Assembly (NCBI RefSeq): GCF_011745625.1
Contig: NW_027191455.1
Location: 1,116,001-1,180,000 of the forward strand
Direction of reading: 5' to 3'
Length of the DNA: 64,000 nt
Source of the DNA: Cladosporium halotolerans
Lineage: Eukaryota
The notes below the pieces were generated by a model. That model was not told where the DNA came from. It ran no database searches and worked only from the letters and a program-made list of their open reading frames with translations. Of the stretch, positions 1-12,397 are shown one piece after another. Every line of letters starts with the position of its first letter. Position 1 is the first letter of the stretch. Made by a program: the position numbers and the translations under genes.

Positions 1-234
1 TGACATTGTACGCCAGCTTAGGATAATGAGGGCGTGGAGGTGGAATCTGATCCCGATGTTTCTCCTTGGACTGGGTTTATGTGGGATTGCGGTCTGGGAC
101 GGACTGCAGGGGCGAAAGAGGTATGCAGTTGCGAGGCCGGAAGAATTTGAGCTTCAGAAGGGTCGAAGGAGGCAGGCTTTGTGGAAGACAACTGAGGTTG
201 AGTTACTGTTCTACCGATTACCTTCCGTCATTGA

Positions 235-1980
235 TCATAGCACGTATCTGAAATGAGGGTTCTGTGATGTGTTTAGTACATGGCAACGGGCAAGGCTGGT
301 AGAGGCCCACATACCTCAAAGTCTGTCATATCCACGGCATCAGTCTCTTCCTGATGAATCTCGTGCCCAAGAGCAGCAGCGGCTGCATCTCTTTGCTTAT
401 TGCGACGGATCAATAGTAGCCTCAAAGACAAGGCCAGCACCATTTGTATCACAGAGCACGCAAGAATCGTTTTGCATCCGGTGGGATAAAGTGGTGCTTC
501 TTCTCCGATGAAAGCGTGCGGTCCAATGATGTTGCCTGCGCAATAAGCAAGAAAGACTAAACCAGAAGCAGTGATGCGCTTGGTGTAACCACCCAGGTTT
601 GTCGTTGGCATCTGGAGTGCTAGCACCAAACTGGCGACGTAGCAACCCACCATGTAGTAGCCGAATAGGACGCCGATCTTGTGGTGAGCTCTGTCGATTT
701 TCCACATGAGGCATACACCTATTATCGTTGGAATGAGCCACAGAGCTGTTCATAGTTGAGTACATTAGCACAAGATATTCGTGTAGCCATAAAGATAGGT
801 TCAGTTTGAGACTTGACTTACCCATGACAAGGGTCCTCCAGTTCTTGACCTTGGTGGCCGTGTATGTACCAGTTAGAATCCAGACAACCTGAAATGCTCC
901 TTGAGGTATCCCCAACGCAGTTGTAAGAAGCGGGTCCTTTACCAGTCCCTTGATGATAAGCTTGCCGAAGTTGGCTACTCCACCATTGATGACTTCGTTC
1001 AGTAGCACAAACGTTATCAGAATCCAGACTTGAGCATCGATAAACACCTCGCGAATCTGGTTCCACTTGATAGACTTGTTCAGAACTCCCGTTCTTGCCA
1101 GACGCGCACGTCCGACAAGGAGTGCCTTCTCTTCCAACGTGAAGAAGCGCGCGGAGAGGATACTGTCGGGCAAGAAGAGTAGAAGTACGACGCCCCAGAC
1201 GACGGTCATACCGCCACAGACGAGGAAGACAGCCTTCCAGACGGGGAACCCGGTGATCTGACCGAGCCCGTAGCTCAACAGACCACCGAGCATGGATCCA
1301 ATGCCGTTGCAGCAATAGAAGAGACCGGCTCTGAAAGGCTGGTCCGAGCGGACGTACCTGTGGCCGGCAGTCAGTATGAATTCGTAATTTTCCGAATGAG
1401 ACACGGCATACCACATAGACACCATCATCATGAAGCAGGTTGTGATAGGCGCTTCGAACCATCCCAAAAGGAAACGGCAAACAGCAAGACCACTGAAGTT
1501 GTGACAAAGCGCAGTGAGCATCAAAACCGAACCCCAGCTGAGGACACATCCGCCGACGACCTTACCCATCCGCCACTTCTGCGCCGTGAAGACCCAGGGG
1601 TATTCGGCGACCAAGTAAGCGAAGTAGAATATACTAGCGAACCAAGAGTATTGATCTTGGGTGATGCCGGTGCTTGTGAACAGGTCAAAAACCGCCGCGT
1701 AAGACATAGCTTGCTTGTCGATGTATTGAAGAACGTAGGTCACCGCCAGAAGTGGCAGGACCACAAGGTCGACCTTTTTAACCAGCCGGCGTTGGCTGGC
1801 TGTGTCGCTAAGAAGCTCGTCCAGATATTCATTGCTGAAGTTGTGCTCTCGAAGGAATTTCTCAGTCTCGTCAAGGTCGATGGTTTCACCCTCCGCAATG
1901 GATGTGGCTTTGGTGGTAGGTTGGATGACTTTTTCGAGGCTGTGCTTTGCCTTGTCTTGTGAAAGTCTTGATTCAGCCAT
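235..1980 (-). CDS. MFS transporter, allantoate permease (Dal5)/anion:cation symporter family; spliced
   Basis: Motifs KVDLVVLPLL, LQYIDKQAMSYAAVF, RFLLGWFEA, GYTKR, YCAGNIIGP and C-terminal DMTDFE|NPHFRYVL*. Introns at 1358-1411, ~749-821 and 262-314 join ORFs 397..1980 and 273..707 and a last exon 235-261. Confidence 0.9.
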
Positions 1981-2159
1981 CTTTACCTAAAGCACTATGA
2001 ATGCTTGAGATGCTGGCACAATGAAAGAGATGTAAATGTGAAAAGAAGACGTGAAAATAGAAACGTCTACAAGCAAGGACCAACTCCCTCTTATTGTCAC
2101 ACCTTCCGGCTATGTCTTGGTCGTTCCCGGACTCTGCTCAAGGGCACCAAATCCGGTGT

Positions 2160-2596
2160 TTATCTCGTGGCAAGCATGTAGATGCGGGGATATCGCAGAC
2201 AAAGCCCCGCAAGTATCAGATAGGCACATGATAGGGAAACCTGCGAGTCAGTGTCAACAAAAGGTAACGCTCCTTTGCCCTATCATTGATCAAGAAGTCT
2301 TGGAAACGGCCCACTCCAAGACTTGTTGGCCGGTGGCCGGGGGTATACGACGAAGCTACTCAGCATCTTGATAGAAATTAGGCGAAGGAGAGAGCGCCAG
2401 CCACGACGTCGCCACGTGGACGGGGTGCGAAGGATGCGATGGATCTATTCCCAGAGACAAGAGGTGTGTGTGGAATGGTCATTTGGTCGTCACGGCTGAG
2501 CGTGTGCTTTCAAGCTCGGCCGACGTATCAGGCCCTTGAAGATGGTGAAGGAAGGGAAGTGTTCCCTGTTCTCGGCTTGATATAGATAGCCTATCT
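2160..2596. promoter_or_regulatory. Cluster of HGATAR (AreA/Nit2-type GATA) sites in the divergent promoter
   Basis: Seven HGATAR matches at 2160, 2218, 2229, 2280, 2369, 2584 and 2591; the last two form the inverted pair AGATAG-C-CTATCT. Confidence 0.55.
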
Positions 2597-2968
2597 AATT
2601 CCCCGGCCGGATAAGCTGCTGGTATCTGCCGTGGGGTTACATTGCGGCTGGCCGCTCCCTGATTTGGCGGGCTTCTTCCGGCATCGGTGCTTGCCCGAGA
2701 CGTCGGCTTCTGGCGTGATCGACGCAGTCAATACAAGACACGACTACTGCTCACCATGGCACTATCCGGGCACATTATTCGGCTTCTTCCACTGTATTGG
2801 AGACGTTGCGCCAAGATCGGAAGGTATTGGCTGGACCTCACGAGACGATAGACATCGACTGCACGCAAAGGCCTACTCGTTGCATCAACGGAAATCAACA
2901 TCGTTCAACAGACTCCTGAGAAAACGACATAAATTTAGAGCACATTACTCCGAACCGTTGGTCGTACA

Positions 2969-4669
2969 ATGGGTGCCGCAAAGAATGCCATCAATCCGGT
3001 TATCAAGCTTCCTCAGGGCACAGTCATCGGACTGACATTGGAAGAATCGCTACCCAAACCGATTGATGCTTTTCGAGGCATACCCTATGCCTTACCACCA
3101 ACAGGTGACCGCCGCTTCAGGCCGGCGGTCAAAGTTGCATCGAATCCAGATAATGTAATCGATGCCTCTCGGTATGGCCCGGCTGCTCCAGGCAAGCCTT
3201 TGTTGGCCGGAGGACCCAAGCTGGAGTACAGCGAAGACTGCCTCACCGCAAACGTTTTCCGACCAAGCACTCCTTCTACCGAGAATGTGTCGAAGCTTCC
3301 CGTCGCCATATATATACACGGTGGTGCCTTTAACAGAGGTACCTCCGGTATGCATAACACTGCGTCGATGGTTGCTTGGTCCGAAGCACCGATTGTTGCC
3401 GTCTCGTTCAATTACCGGATTGGTGCTCTTGGTTTCTTACCTTCGGCTCTGACAGCTAAAGAAGGCTCTCTGAACCTCGGTCTGAGAGACCAGATCGTTC
3501 TCTTTGAGTGGGTAAAAGAAAACATTGGCGCATTTGGCGGTGATCCAGACAACGTCACGCTCGTCGGTCTTTCGGCAGGCGCACATTCTGTAAGTTGATT
3601 GTTCGTTCGTGCTTATCATGATCTGACGTGGGATTTCTTACAGATCGGGCATCACCTCATGCACTTCACTGAGGGCAAGACGCCGCTGTTCGACCGTGTA
3701 GTGATCGAGTCCGGAGCACCAACATCGCGAGCAGTACGTCCGTACGATGCATCCATCCACGAAGAGCAATTCAAAGACTTCTTGGAAGCCACGGGATGTC
3801 GTAAAGATTGCCCAGAAGATGAAATTTTCCCGTACCTCAGATCTCTGCCATCGGAAGTCGTCACAGCCGCCCAGACCGCCGTCTTCGACAAGTACAACCC
3901 CTCGCTCCGATGGGCCTTCCAGCCCATCATAGACGGAGACATCATTCCCCGACCACCTCTCGAGACCTGGCTCTCTGGAAAATGGCACAAAGTCCCCATC
4001 ATGACCGGCTTTAACCGCAATGAAGGCTCGCTGTACGTCGACAAGCAGATGTCCAATCCAGAGCAATTCACGGATTTCTTCGCAAAGTTGCTGCCGCTAC
4101 TCAGCCCTTCGGACATTGAAACCATCGACGCGCTCTACCCCAACCCTTCGAGAGACGCCCATTCTCCGTACCTGGAAGACAGGAAAGGCGTGGGCGCGCA
4201 GTACAAGCGCATCGAAGCCGCGTACGCCCACTACGCGTACGTTGCGCCCGTCCGCCAGACGGCTGAGCTGGCTTCGAAAGCGGCGTCTGCGCCGGTCTAT
4301 CTCTATCAGTGGGCGCTGGATTCATCGATCATCGAGGGTGCGCGCCACGGAGACAACATGCGGTACGAAGTCGTCGATCCTACTGTGGTCAAGATATCGG
4401 CCGCGCAGAGAGATATCGCCAGAACCACAAACGCTTATATAACCAGCTTCATTGCCACTGGTGACCCGAACAAGATCGTTCCGAAAGACCTGCCGCTGCC
4501 GCAGTGGGCGCCGTACACGGCGGAGGCGCCTAAGGCGATGGTGTTTGGTGCGGAAAACAAGGAGCTCGTGGGCGGTGAGGCCGGTCCTGCGGCGCAGTTG
4601 CTGGATGATACGTGGGGACGCAAGGAGTCGGAGTTTTGGTGGAGTAAGGTGGAGCTGTCACAGCAATAG
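2969..4669 (+). CDS. Type-B carboxylesterase/lipase (alpha/beta hydrolase); one intron
   Basis: FRGIPYA, SEDCLTANV, HGGAF, NYRIGALGFL, FGGDPDNVT, nucleophile elbow GLSAG, NEGS, HGD. Intron 3590-3643. No obvious signal peptide. Confidence 0.92.
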
Positions 4670-5887
4670 TGAGTGACTTAAAGTCTTGGTGATGGATTGT
4701 CTAGTTCACCCAGGTCTTGGGAGTCGGCGTAGAGTCCATCCGAACCCGGTGAAGCGCTGGACCGGCATCGGATATTGCTCGTCATACACCCAAGTATGGA
4801 AATCGCGAAAAGATCAATGAGATGAGATGTCTCGCTCTCTGTTGTCAGATCGTATATTGACCTTGCAATGCTGAATACTAGCTGGCCTCTACGTCACGCA
4901 CGATACAGGGGGACACGGCAGACGGGCTGCATTCTCCATGACACTGTTGGGGTGGCGTGACATCAAACAAGCTCGCCCTGGCGCGCTTGAAAATATTGGC
5001 ACACGCAGAAGGCTGGCTGCATGCAACGCTTGAGTGGTTACGATTGGCAATCGATTAACATCCGAGTGCACAATCTAACTATTGCGGTGAAAGTTTTAGA
5101 CAGGCGGTTACTGTTGTTTGCGACCAGCAGGCAAGGCGATGCAATGCAAGTCGGGGAGCCGGAGAGGTAGCAGGCGTCCTTTTGCCCAGGCGCTCCACTC
5201 CTTCATCCATTAACAGCCCCGACCACAACGACTGAGCCCGATTCTTTCCGTCCAACCTCGAAGAAAAGAGACACCGACTTCGGCACTCCCACGATTTCCC
5301 CGCACGAGCGTGCCATGGGGTAGCAGAGCACGAGAGCCCACGCGACGAATCGTGATGCAGCCAAGCGCCGTCCAAGCAATTTCCAAGACATGGCTGACGC
5401 TCTTGCCCGAGCTTCGATAACGCAACAAAACGCCTTGGTCTTGCCATTCCTTGAGCTAGGTGGGATTGTTTTGGCGATACTGGAAACGAGAGCGTTGAAC
5501 ACGGAAGTCGTGAAACACGATAACCACTCTGTCGGTATATGGATCTTACGATGTAGCCCAATCACGCAGAGGGCATTACCCAAAGTGGTCATCGGAGAAT
5601 GACACGGCAGATCGCACAGCAGATACGCTTTGGGCGCCTCTGCGATAGGTCGGATTGACTTGCTTGCAGATGGCCAAGCCTGGGCGCACCAAGGGTCGAG
5701 GTACTTCCGGATGGATCTTCGTGGTGTTGAAGACGGAGGGGAGCGATCGCTCGCGCCTACCCAGGTATAAGTTGCTGTCCGCCAGTCGCGAGTGGCGTTT
5801 CGATCCTGCGGTCTTGCGCCTACGACCTACTCCGATATCCTATCATTACAGCTACCTAAGCATTCTCGCGAGGTGACACAGAACAAC

Positions 5888-7634
5888 ATGGAGTCAACGG
5901 GGAGAGAAGCCGACCCTATTGCTAAGGGCACCTGGTCGGCTCTGAAACAAAACTTCAGCGACCTCTTCAAGTGGGAGCAACGCGTCGAAGTGCGCAACGA
6001 ATATGGCGAAGCTCGCTACGAATGGATGCGGCCTGCGCCACTCAAGAACCCGATCTCCCTCATGGCCCAGCTGACGGCGTCGAACTGGCTGTACTTTCTT
6101 GTCGGCCTTGCTTCATGGACCGCCGACGCCTTCGACTTCCACGCGCTGTCGATCCAGACCGTCAAGTTGGCGGCGTACTATGATCGCAGCAACACTGACA
6201 TCTCGACGGCTATCACTCTGACCTTGTTACTGCGGAGTGTCGGCGCTGCCTTCTTTGGCGCGGCTGGCGACAGGTATGGAAGGAAGTGGCCTATGGTCGC
6301 GAACATGATCGTTCTCGGTCTGCTGCAGATTGCAACAATCTACTCTGCAACATTCCAGCAATTCCTCGCTGTCAGATCGCTCTTCGGTCTCTTCATGGGT
6401 GGCGTGTACGGCAATGCGATCGCCATGGCTCTTGAAAACGCTCCTGTAGAGGTGAGTGATATCCGCAAACAACCAACCGACGAACTAAGCTGACCTTTCT
6501 CAAGGCCCGTGGCCTCATGTCCGGCATCCTCCAACAAGGCTACTCTCTCGGCTACGTCTTCGCGGCCTGCGCCAACCTGGGCGTCGGCGGGTCCGTCGAG
6601 AGCTGGAAGACGACCTTCTGGATCGCCGCCGGGCTCTCCATCGTCGTCGGGCTCATCCGCATCGCCTTCCCCGAATCCAAACAGTTCCGCGACCGCAAAG
6701 CGGCCGGCCACAAGAGCGTGCCGGCCTCCATCTTCTGGGACGAGGTCAAGTCCATGATCGGCAGGGAATGGCGCATGTGCCTGTACTGCATCTTCCTCAT
6801 GACGTGGTTCAACTTCTACTCGCACACGAGCCAGGACAGCTACACGACGTTCTTGAGGACGGAGAAGGGGAAGAACAACCGCATCGCGAGCATTGCGAGT
6901 ATTCTGATGAAGACTGGTGCGTGTGTGGGCGGCACGATTATTGGATACTTGTCGCAGTGGGTTGGGCGCAGGCGCGCCATGTGCGTGTCGGCGCTGATCA
7001 GCGCGTGTTTGATCCCGGCGTGGATTCTGCCGAATAGCTTTGGTGGGCTGGCTGCGTCCGGGTTCATTCTGCAATTTCATGTGCAGGGAGCGTGAGTGTC
7101 GCCAGGTGTTACTGATCTTGTAGCTTGGAAGCTGACATTGTGCAGATGGGGTGTCATCCCCATTCACCTGAATGAGCTGTCTCCGCCGGCTTTCCGGTCG
7201 ACGTTCCCTGGACGTGAGCATTTCCAACACAAGCGAATCAGTGCAGAATACGATACTGACCCAGGCTTTACCAGTGACCTACCAACTCGGCAACATGATC
7301 TCCTCGCCAAGCGCGCAAATCGTAAACGCCATCGCAGAATCCATCTCCATCTCAGCAGTCGGAGGCCCAAGCGTGCCAGCGTACGGTCCCACGATGGGTA
7401 AGACAGGCGTAGAATCTCCGTGAACACTGAAAAATGAAGCTAAAGCGTTTTGCAGGTATCATGACCGCTATCATTGCCCTGGGCATCGCCGTCACTACTG
7501 CCGTTGGTCCCGAGAAGCGTGGCAGCCATTTCGAGTCGGCTGTGATTGGCCAGTCGGCGGATAATTACGATGCCGAGCGGAAGGGAAGTGATCTCGAGAA
7601 GGCAGAGGAATCTACGCACGTGGAGAAGAAATAG
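5888..7634 (+). CDS. JEN1: Jen1-like carboxylate:H+ symporter (MFS, SHS family); multi-exon
   Basis: WTADAFDF, DRYGRKWP, GILQQGYSLGY and the Jen1 signature NFYSHTSQDSYTT. About four introns join ORFs 5792..6493, 6517..7095, 7172..7423 and 7434..7634. The symbol denotes family, not proven orthology. Confidence 0.88.
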
Positions 7635-9475
7635 ACGGATGTTGGGTGAGGATGATGGCTGAGGTGGCGGTTGGTCGTATACCCCGGCTGCGTGGGAGAT
7701 TTGGAGATGCCGTGCCGTTTCAGCAGGAGTGATGCTAAACTCACTGGCAATCATCACAAATACAAGCAAACAGCTTTTAATAAATGTTCATTTGTGGTGT
7801 CAAACCAAGCATTGACAGGCGCACGACATAGTCGAGCTGTCTGAACTATCTGCGCACGTGGTGACGATCACTCAAGCCGATCACTGCTCTTGTCTGGGAG
7901 GCTGCCGAACGCAGAACATTTCGAGAACAAAAGCCGACACAAGACGATGCAGGTCGTGCTGCGCAGAGACCAGAAACAATGCCCTGCCCGAGATGTGGGT
8001 AGGCCAAGGTTGCGCACGTAATCACGACAGGTCAGTGCTCGCAAGTGTCCCGTACCGAACCTGTCGCAAGCGAAGCCCGCGGTCCCAAGCAGGAGGGAGC
8101 TGGAGAATACTGCGGACTCCCGCAGGACGCAGGTCTCATCACAGACCACAGACCAAGTGGGCCAATAGGCCAAGTGTTTAGGTCGGAAAGAGTCGGTCAG
8201 GAGGGCGATGGCAGTGGAGGATAAAATCAAAATCCGGGTTTTGATATCGTGATGGTCCCACCGCAGGGTAAATGCGATTGCCGAGGGAGGCAGAGGGCGA
8301 GAAGGTCAAAAGGCAGCAGGTCTCCATCTTCATCTCCGACCTGCCTTGCCCACCGACCCAGCGGTATCCCTTCCATCTCAACGCTCACGAACCGACTTCA
8401 ACGAACATGGCCGCCAGACGCGCACGCCGCGTGTGCAACCCCGTCGCCCCCCTCCGCCTCCCACACTCCGCAGGCCTGAGCGCGCTGTCCCGCAATTAAT
8501 TCGCAGTCCCCATGGTGTTGGCACGTTGTGCAGCCCACAGAAGGGCCGAATGGACGTCCGCATTTCCCACAATTCGCCTCCAGATGGAGGTGGAGGGCCG
8601 CGGAGAGCGGGTCGCGGCGGAGGCTGGAGTAGGGCGAGCAGAGCGCGATAACCTCGCCGTGCGCAGGCCAAGCCCCTGCCAATCTTCCCTTGGTTCTAGC
8701 TTTTGCTGAAGCGAGCAGAAGCGTCCGACATCACGCCCGACGCTGGCGCCGGTGCCGCGCGCTGCCGGATCTTGCCAGCGATGCCTGCCCGCCGCCCATG
8801 ATTTGCTTGCACAGCGCTCGTGCACAATTCTCACCGTGACGACGGCCAAGTCGCCAGCCCAGCCGGCAGTGGCGTCCTCCCGTCGCCAGTGGCGTGTCTT
8901 GCCGCACGGTTGGCACCGCCCAGTGCGTACCTTAACTCAGCCTCCTTCGACATCCTCACGGCGCACGTGAGGCATGACGGCATCTCTGTCTCGCGCGTCA
9001 ATGGCGCCCTCTCGAGCAGCTGGAACGCCTGAATCATCGCCAGGGCAGCGCGGGAAGACCCTCATCAGAGCCCAGGCGGAGAAAGCCAAATCGCGCAGCG
9101 AAGGCTCGCCGTTGGCCGACCCTCGACAGACACGCGCTAAGCAATGTGGACCATCGATCGCGTGCCGGCGTCGCACGTTGGAGACAGAGGTGTGGAGCCC
9201 CCCCCCCCCATGGCGCTGTGAAGGCCGATGCCTGCACCGCGACAGGAGCACCGAAGTTCAACAGCATCTCCTGGCCTGCCTTGGCCTTTGCTTGTCCCGG
9301 AAGCCTGTGCCCACCCGGGAATGGATCTTCGCGAGTCCGTAGCAAAAGTCAGGTCCAGAGGTAATCACATATAAACCCAGGTGGGTTCTATGCTTCCCTT
9401 GATCGTCCCCTCTTCGAACAAGACCCCTCTCCTCCCTCTTTCCCTCTCAAGTCACCAACAAAAACCACAACAACC

Positions 9476-11134
9476 ATGTTGGGTCTGAACAAGCCCGTCG
9501 ACGAGCCCGGTGCGGCATGGCCTGGTATCACCGTTGGTCTCTTTGCGTCCTTCGCCGGTATTCTCTATGGCTACGACACGGCGACCATCTCTGGTCTGCA
9601 AGAGATGGAGTACTGGCAAAACACCATGGGCTATCCTGGCACAGACCGTATCGCCTTGATCGTCTCTATCCTCTCCGTTGGTACCTTTGTCGGTGCCCTC
9701 ACTGCTGGTTGGGTCTCAGATAAGCTTGGTCGCAGGTGGGGAATCATCGTCTCCGCCATGATCCCTTTCAACCTCGGCGTCGCTCTTCAGACCGCTGCCA
9801 CCGAGCAGATCATGTTCATCATGGGCCGTCTTTTCGCCGGTTTTGGCGTCGGTTTGATCTCTGCTCAGATCCCCATGTACCAGTCGGAAACCCTCCCCAA
9901 GTGGATCAGAGGTGCTGTTGTTGGCTGCTACCAGCTCTGCATCACCATCGGTCTCTTCCTCGCCGCCATTGTGACCTACGCGACACGCAACCGCACCGAC
10001 AGCGGTTCCTACCGCATTCCGCTCGCTATCCAGTTCGCGTGGGCTTTGATCCTCACTGGCGGTCTGCTCCTCCTGCCTGAAACGCCTCGCTACCTCGTAA
10101 AGGTCGGCAAGGATTCCCAAGCCCTGAAGTCCCTTGTCTTCCTTCGACGCCTTCCAGAGGACGACCCTCACGTCCTTGCCGAATTGGAAGAGATCAAGGG
10201 CAACTACGAATACGAGAAATCTCTCGGTAGCGCCTCTTACGTTGAGTGCTTCAGGGGCAACATGGGCAAGCGTACCCTCACCGGTATCACCCTCCAGTCA
10301 CTCCAGCAGCTCGTCGGTATCAACTTCATCGTACGTGTCTCTCCTACCTTCTCACCCGATGCATCGTCTAACAAAACCCTCTAGATCTACTACGGTACTT
10401 CCTACTTCGCCGACAACATTGAGCAGCTCCCGGACGCCTTCATTCTCCAGGTCATCATCAACCTGGTCAACGTCTTCATGACCCTGCCTGGTCTCTACGC
10501 CATTGACCGCTTTGGTCGCCGCCCTGTCCTGCTCGTCGGCGCTCTTGGAATGGGAACTTGTCAGTTTATCGTTGCTGCCGCCGGCGCTGCTACCAACACT
10601 ACTGAGAACTACCCCTCGGCTGTGGCTCAGTTCGTTTTCCTCTGCATTTATGTCTCGTTCTTCGCTTCGAGTTTCGGACCTGCCGCATGGGTTGTCACGG
10701 GCGAGCTGTTCCCGCTCAAGGTTCGCGCGAAGTGTTTGTCGATGGTAAGTTTTGCGATACCCTTCTGCTTGCATTCGCATACTAATTCTCAATAGACCAC
10801 CGCCGCCAACTGGTTCTTCAACTGGCTGCTCTCCTTCATCACCCCCTACCTCACCGGCGCTCTCAACCCGACGCAGTCCAACGTCTTCTGGATCTGGGGC
10901 AGCTTTGCCTGGATTGCCGTCGTCTTCGTCTGGTTCTTCATCTATGAGACCAAGGACATGACTCTTGAGCAAGTCAACGACCTCTACAACCACGAGAGCA
11001 AGGCCTGGAAGTCGCCCAAGTACAGGCAGCAGATCCGCCAGGCCTCCATCGCCGCCCACAGCGAGCGCGGCTACAGTATTAGCGCGGAGAAGGAGAAGCC
11101 CAGCAGGGCGCAATCCATCGAGCACGCTGCTTAG
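9476..11134 (+). CDS. Sugar porter (MFS hexose transporter family); two introns
   Basis: GILYGYDT, DKLGRR, YQSETLP, PETPR, QQLVGINFI, IDRFGRRP, YETK. Introns 10331-10384 and 10745-10795; stop TAG 11132-11134. Confidence 0.92.
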
Positions 11135-11243
11135 GTCGGCTACGATTAGACGTATTTTTCGTATCATAGGAGGTTTCATAATGACATTTATCATATCACA
11201 CTCCTAATTTCCAACTTCAGTCCTCGGTCCCACTCCCCTCATC

Positions 11244-11993
11244 TCACCGCCCCCCAGCAACATCAATAATACTTCCCGTCACATAGCTCGCCGCCGGCGA
11301 CGCCAACCACACAATCGCCTCCGCGACCTCTTCCGCCTCCCCCGCGCGCCCCAACGGCGCCGCTCCCCCCAGCCGCTCCACCCTCCCCGCATCTCCAGAC
11401 GCAGCATGGATATCGGTCCGAATGATCCCAGGCCGCACCCCGTTGACCCGGACCTTCTTCGGGCCCAACTCCTTGCTCAGCCCGACCGTCAGCGTGTCCA
11501 CCGCGCCTTTCGACCCCGCGTAGTCGACGAACTCGTTCGGCGAGCCCAGCCGCGCGGCCGCGGACGACACGAACACGATGCTCTTGTCCCCGGCGTCGGG
11601 AGAATCCGAAGGCAGCCGCCGCGCCGCCTCGCGCGCGCAGAGGTACGCGCCCAGCACGTTCGTGTCGAAGACCTTCTTCAGCCGCTCCACGCTCATCTCC
11701 GCCAGCGTCGTGATCGGCGCCGTGACGCCCGCGTTCACGACGACGCCGTCCAGAGGCCCGAAGGCGGATTCCATGGCGTCGAAGACGCGCTGCACGTCCG
11801 CTTCGACGGCCATGTCGCCTTGCAGCGCGACGGCGCGGCCGCCGGAGGATTGGATGGCGGAGACGGTTTCGGCGGCGAGGGAGCCGTTGGAGAGGTAGTT
11901 CACGCCGATGGACCAGCCGCGTGAGCCCGCGAGGAGGGCGGTGGCGCGGCCGATGCCGCGCGAGGCGCCGGTTATTAGGAGGGTGGGTGGCAT
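11244..11993 (-). CDS. Classical short-chain dehydrogenase/reductase, E. coli YgfF-like
   Basis: TGASRGIG, VNAG, catalytic S...YAGSK, VRPG; intronless 249 aa. Confidence 0.93.
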   Translation of the reverse strand: MPPTLLITGASRGIGRATALLAGSRGWSIGVNYLSNGSLAAETVSAIQSSGGRAVALQGDMAVEADVQRVFDAMESAFGPLDGVVVNAGVTAPITTLAEMSVERLKKVFDTNVLGAYLCAREAARRLPSDSPDAGDKSIVFVSSAAARLGSPNEFVDYAGSKGAVDTLTVGLSKELGPKKVRVNGVRPGIIRTDIHAASGDAGRVERLGGAAPLGRAGEAEEVAEAIVWLASPAASYVTGSIIDVAGGR

Positions 11994-12397
11994 TGGGGTT
12001 GTGGTTGCGCTTGTAGAGGTGTTTGGAGCGGAAATCTTTGGTGTACTTCTATATTTGTTGGTGTATTATACATGGATTGAGTAGAGCTGTGGGGTGAAGA
12101 GGATGAAGAGGGGTCTGGGGTGACGCAACCGAGCCTCTATTGCCGAGGAGGTATTATTCAGATCGAAGGAGTCGACGTTGGTATAGTGGCCGATCTTGCA
12201 AGGACGGGGTTGCATTTGGCCGATGCTCGCATGGACTTTTGAGTGATGCATGCGAGATCGGTACAGGGTAGGGCAGATCTTAGTCAGCAGTGTCTCTTCA
12301 TTTATGAGGATGGCTTGGCAGACCACTGAAGCCAATCGCTTCAAGATCAAGCTGCAGCAGCCCCCGAGCAAACAACCAACCATTTGCAGCGTTCGGA

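Noticed and set aside
7700..9400. Many short overlapping ORFs upstream of the sugar porter
   Set aside because: GC-rich promoter-like DNA with no recognisable protein or consistent splice pattern.
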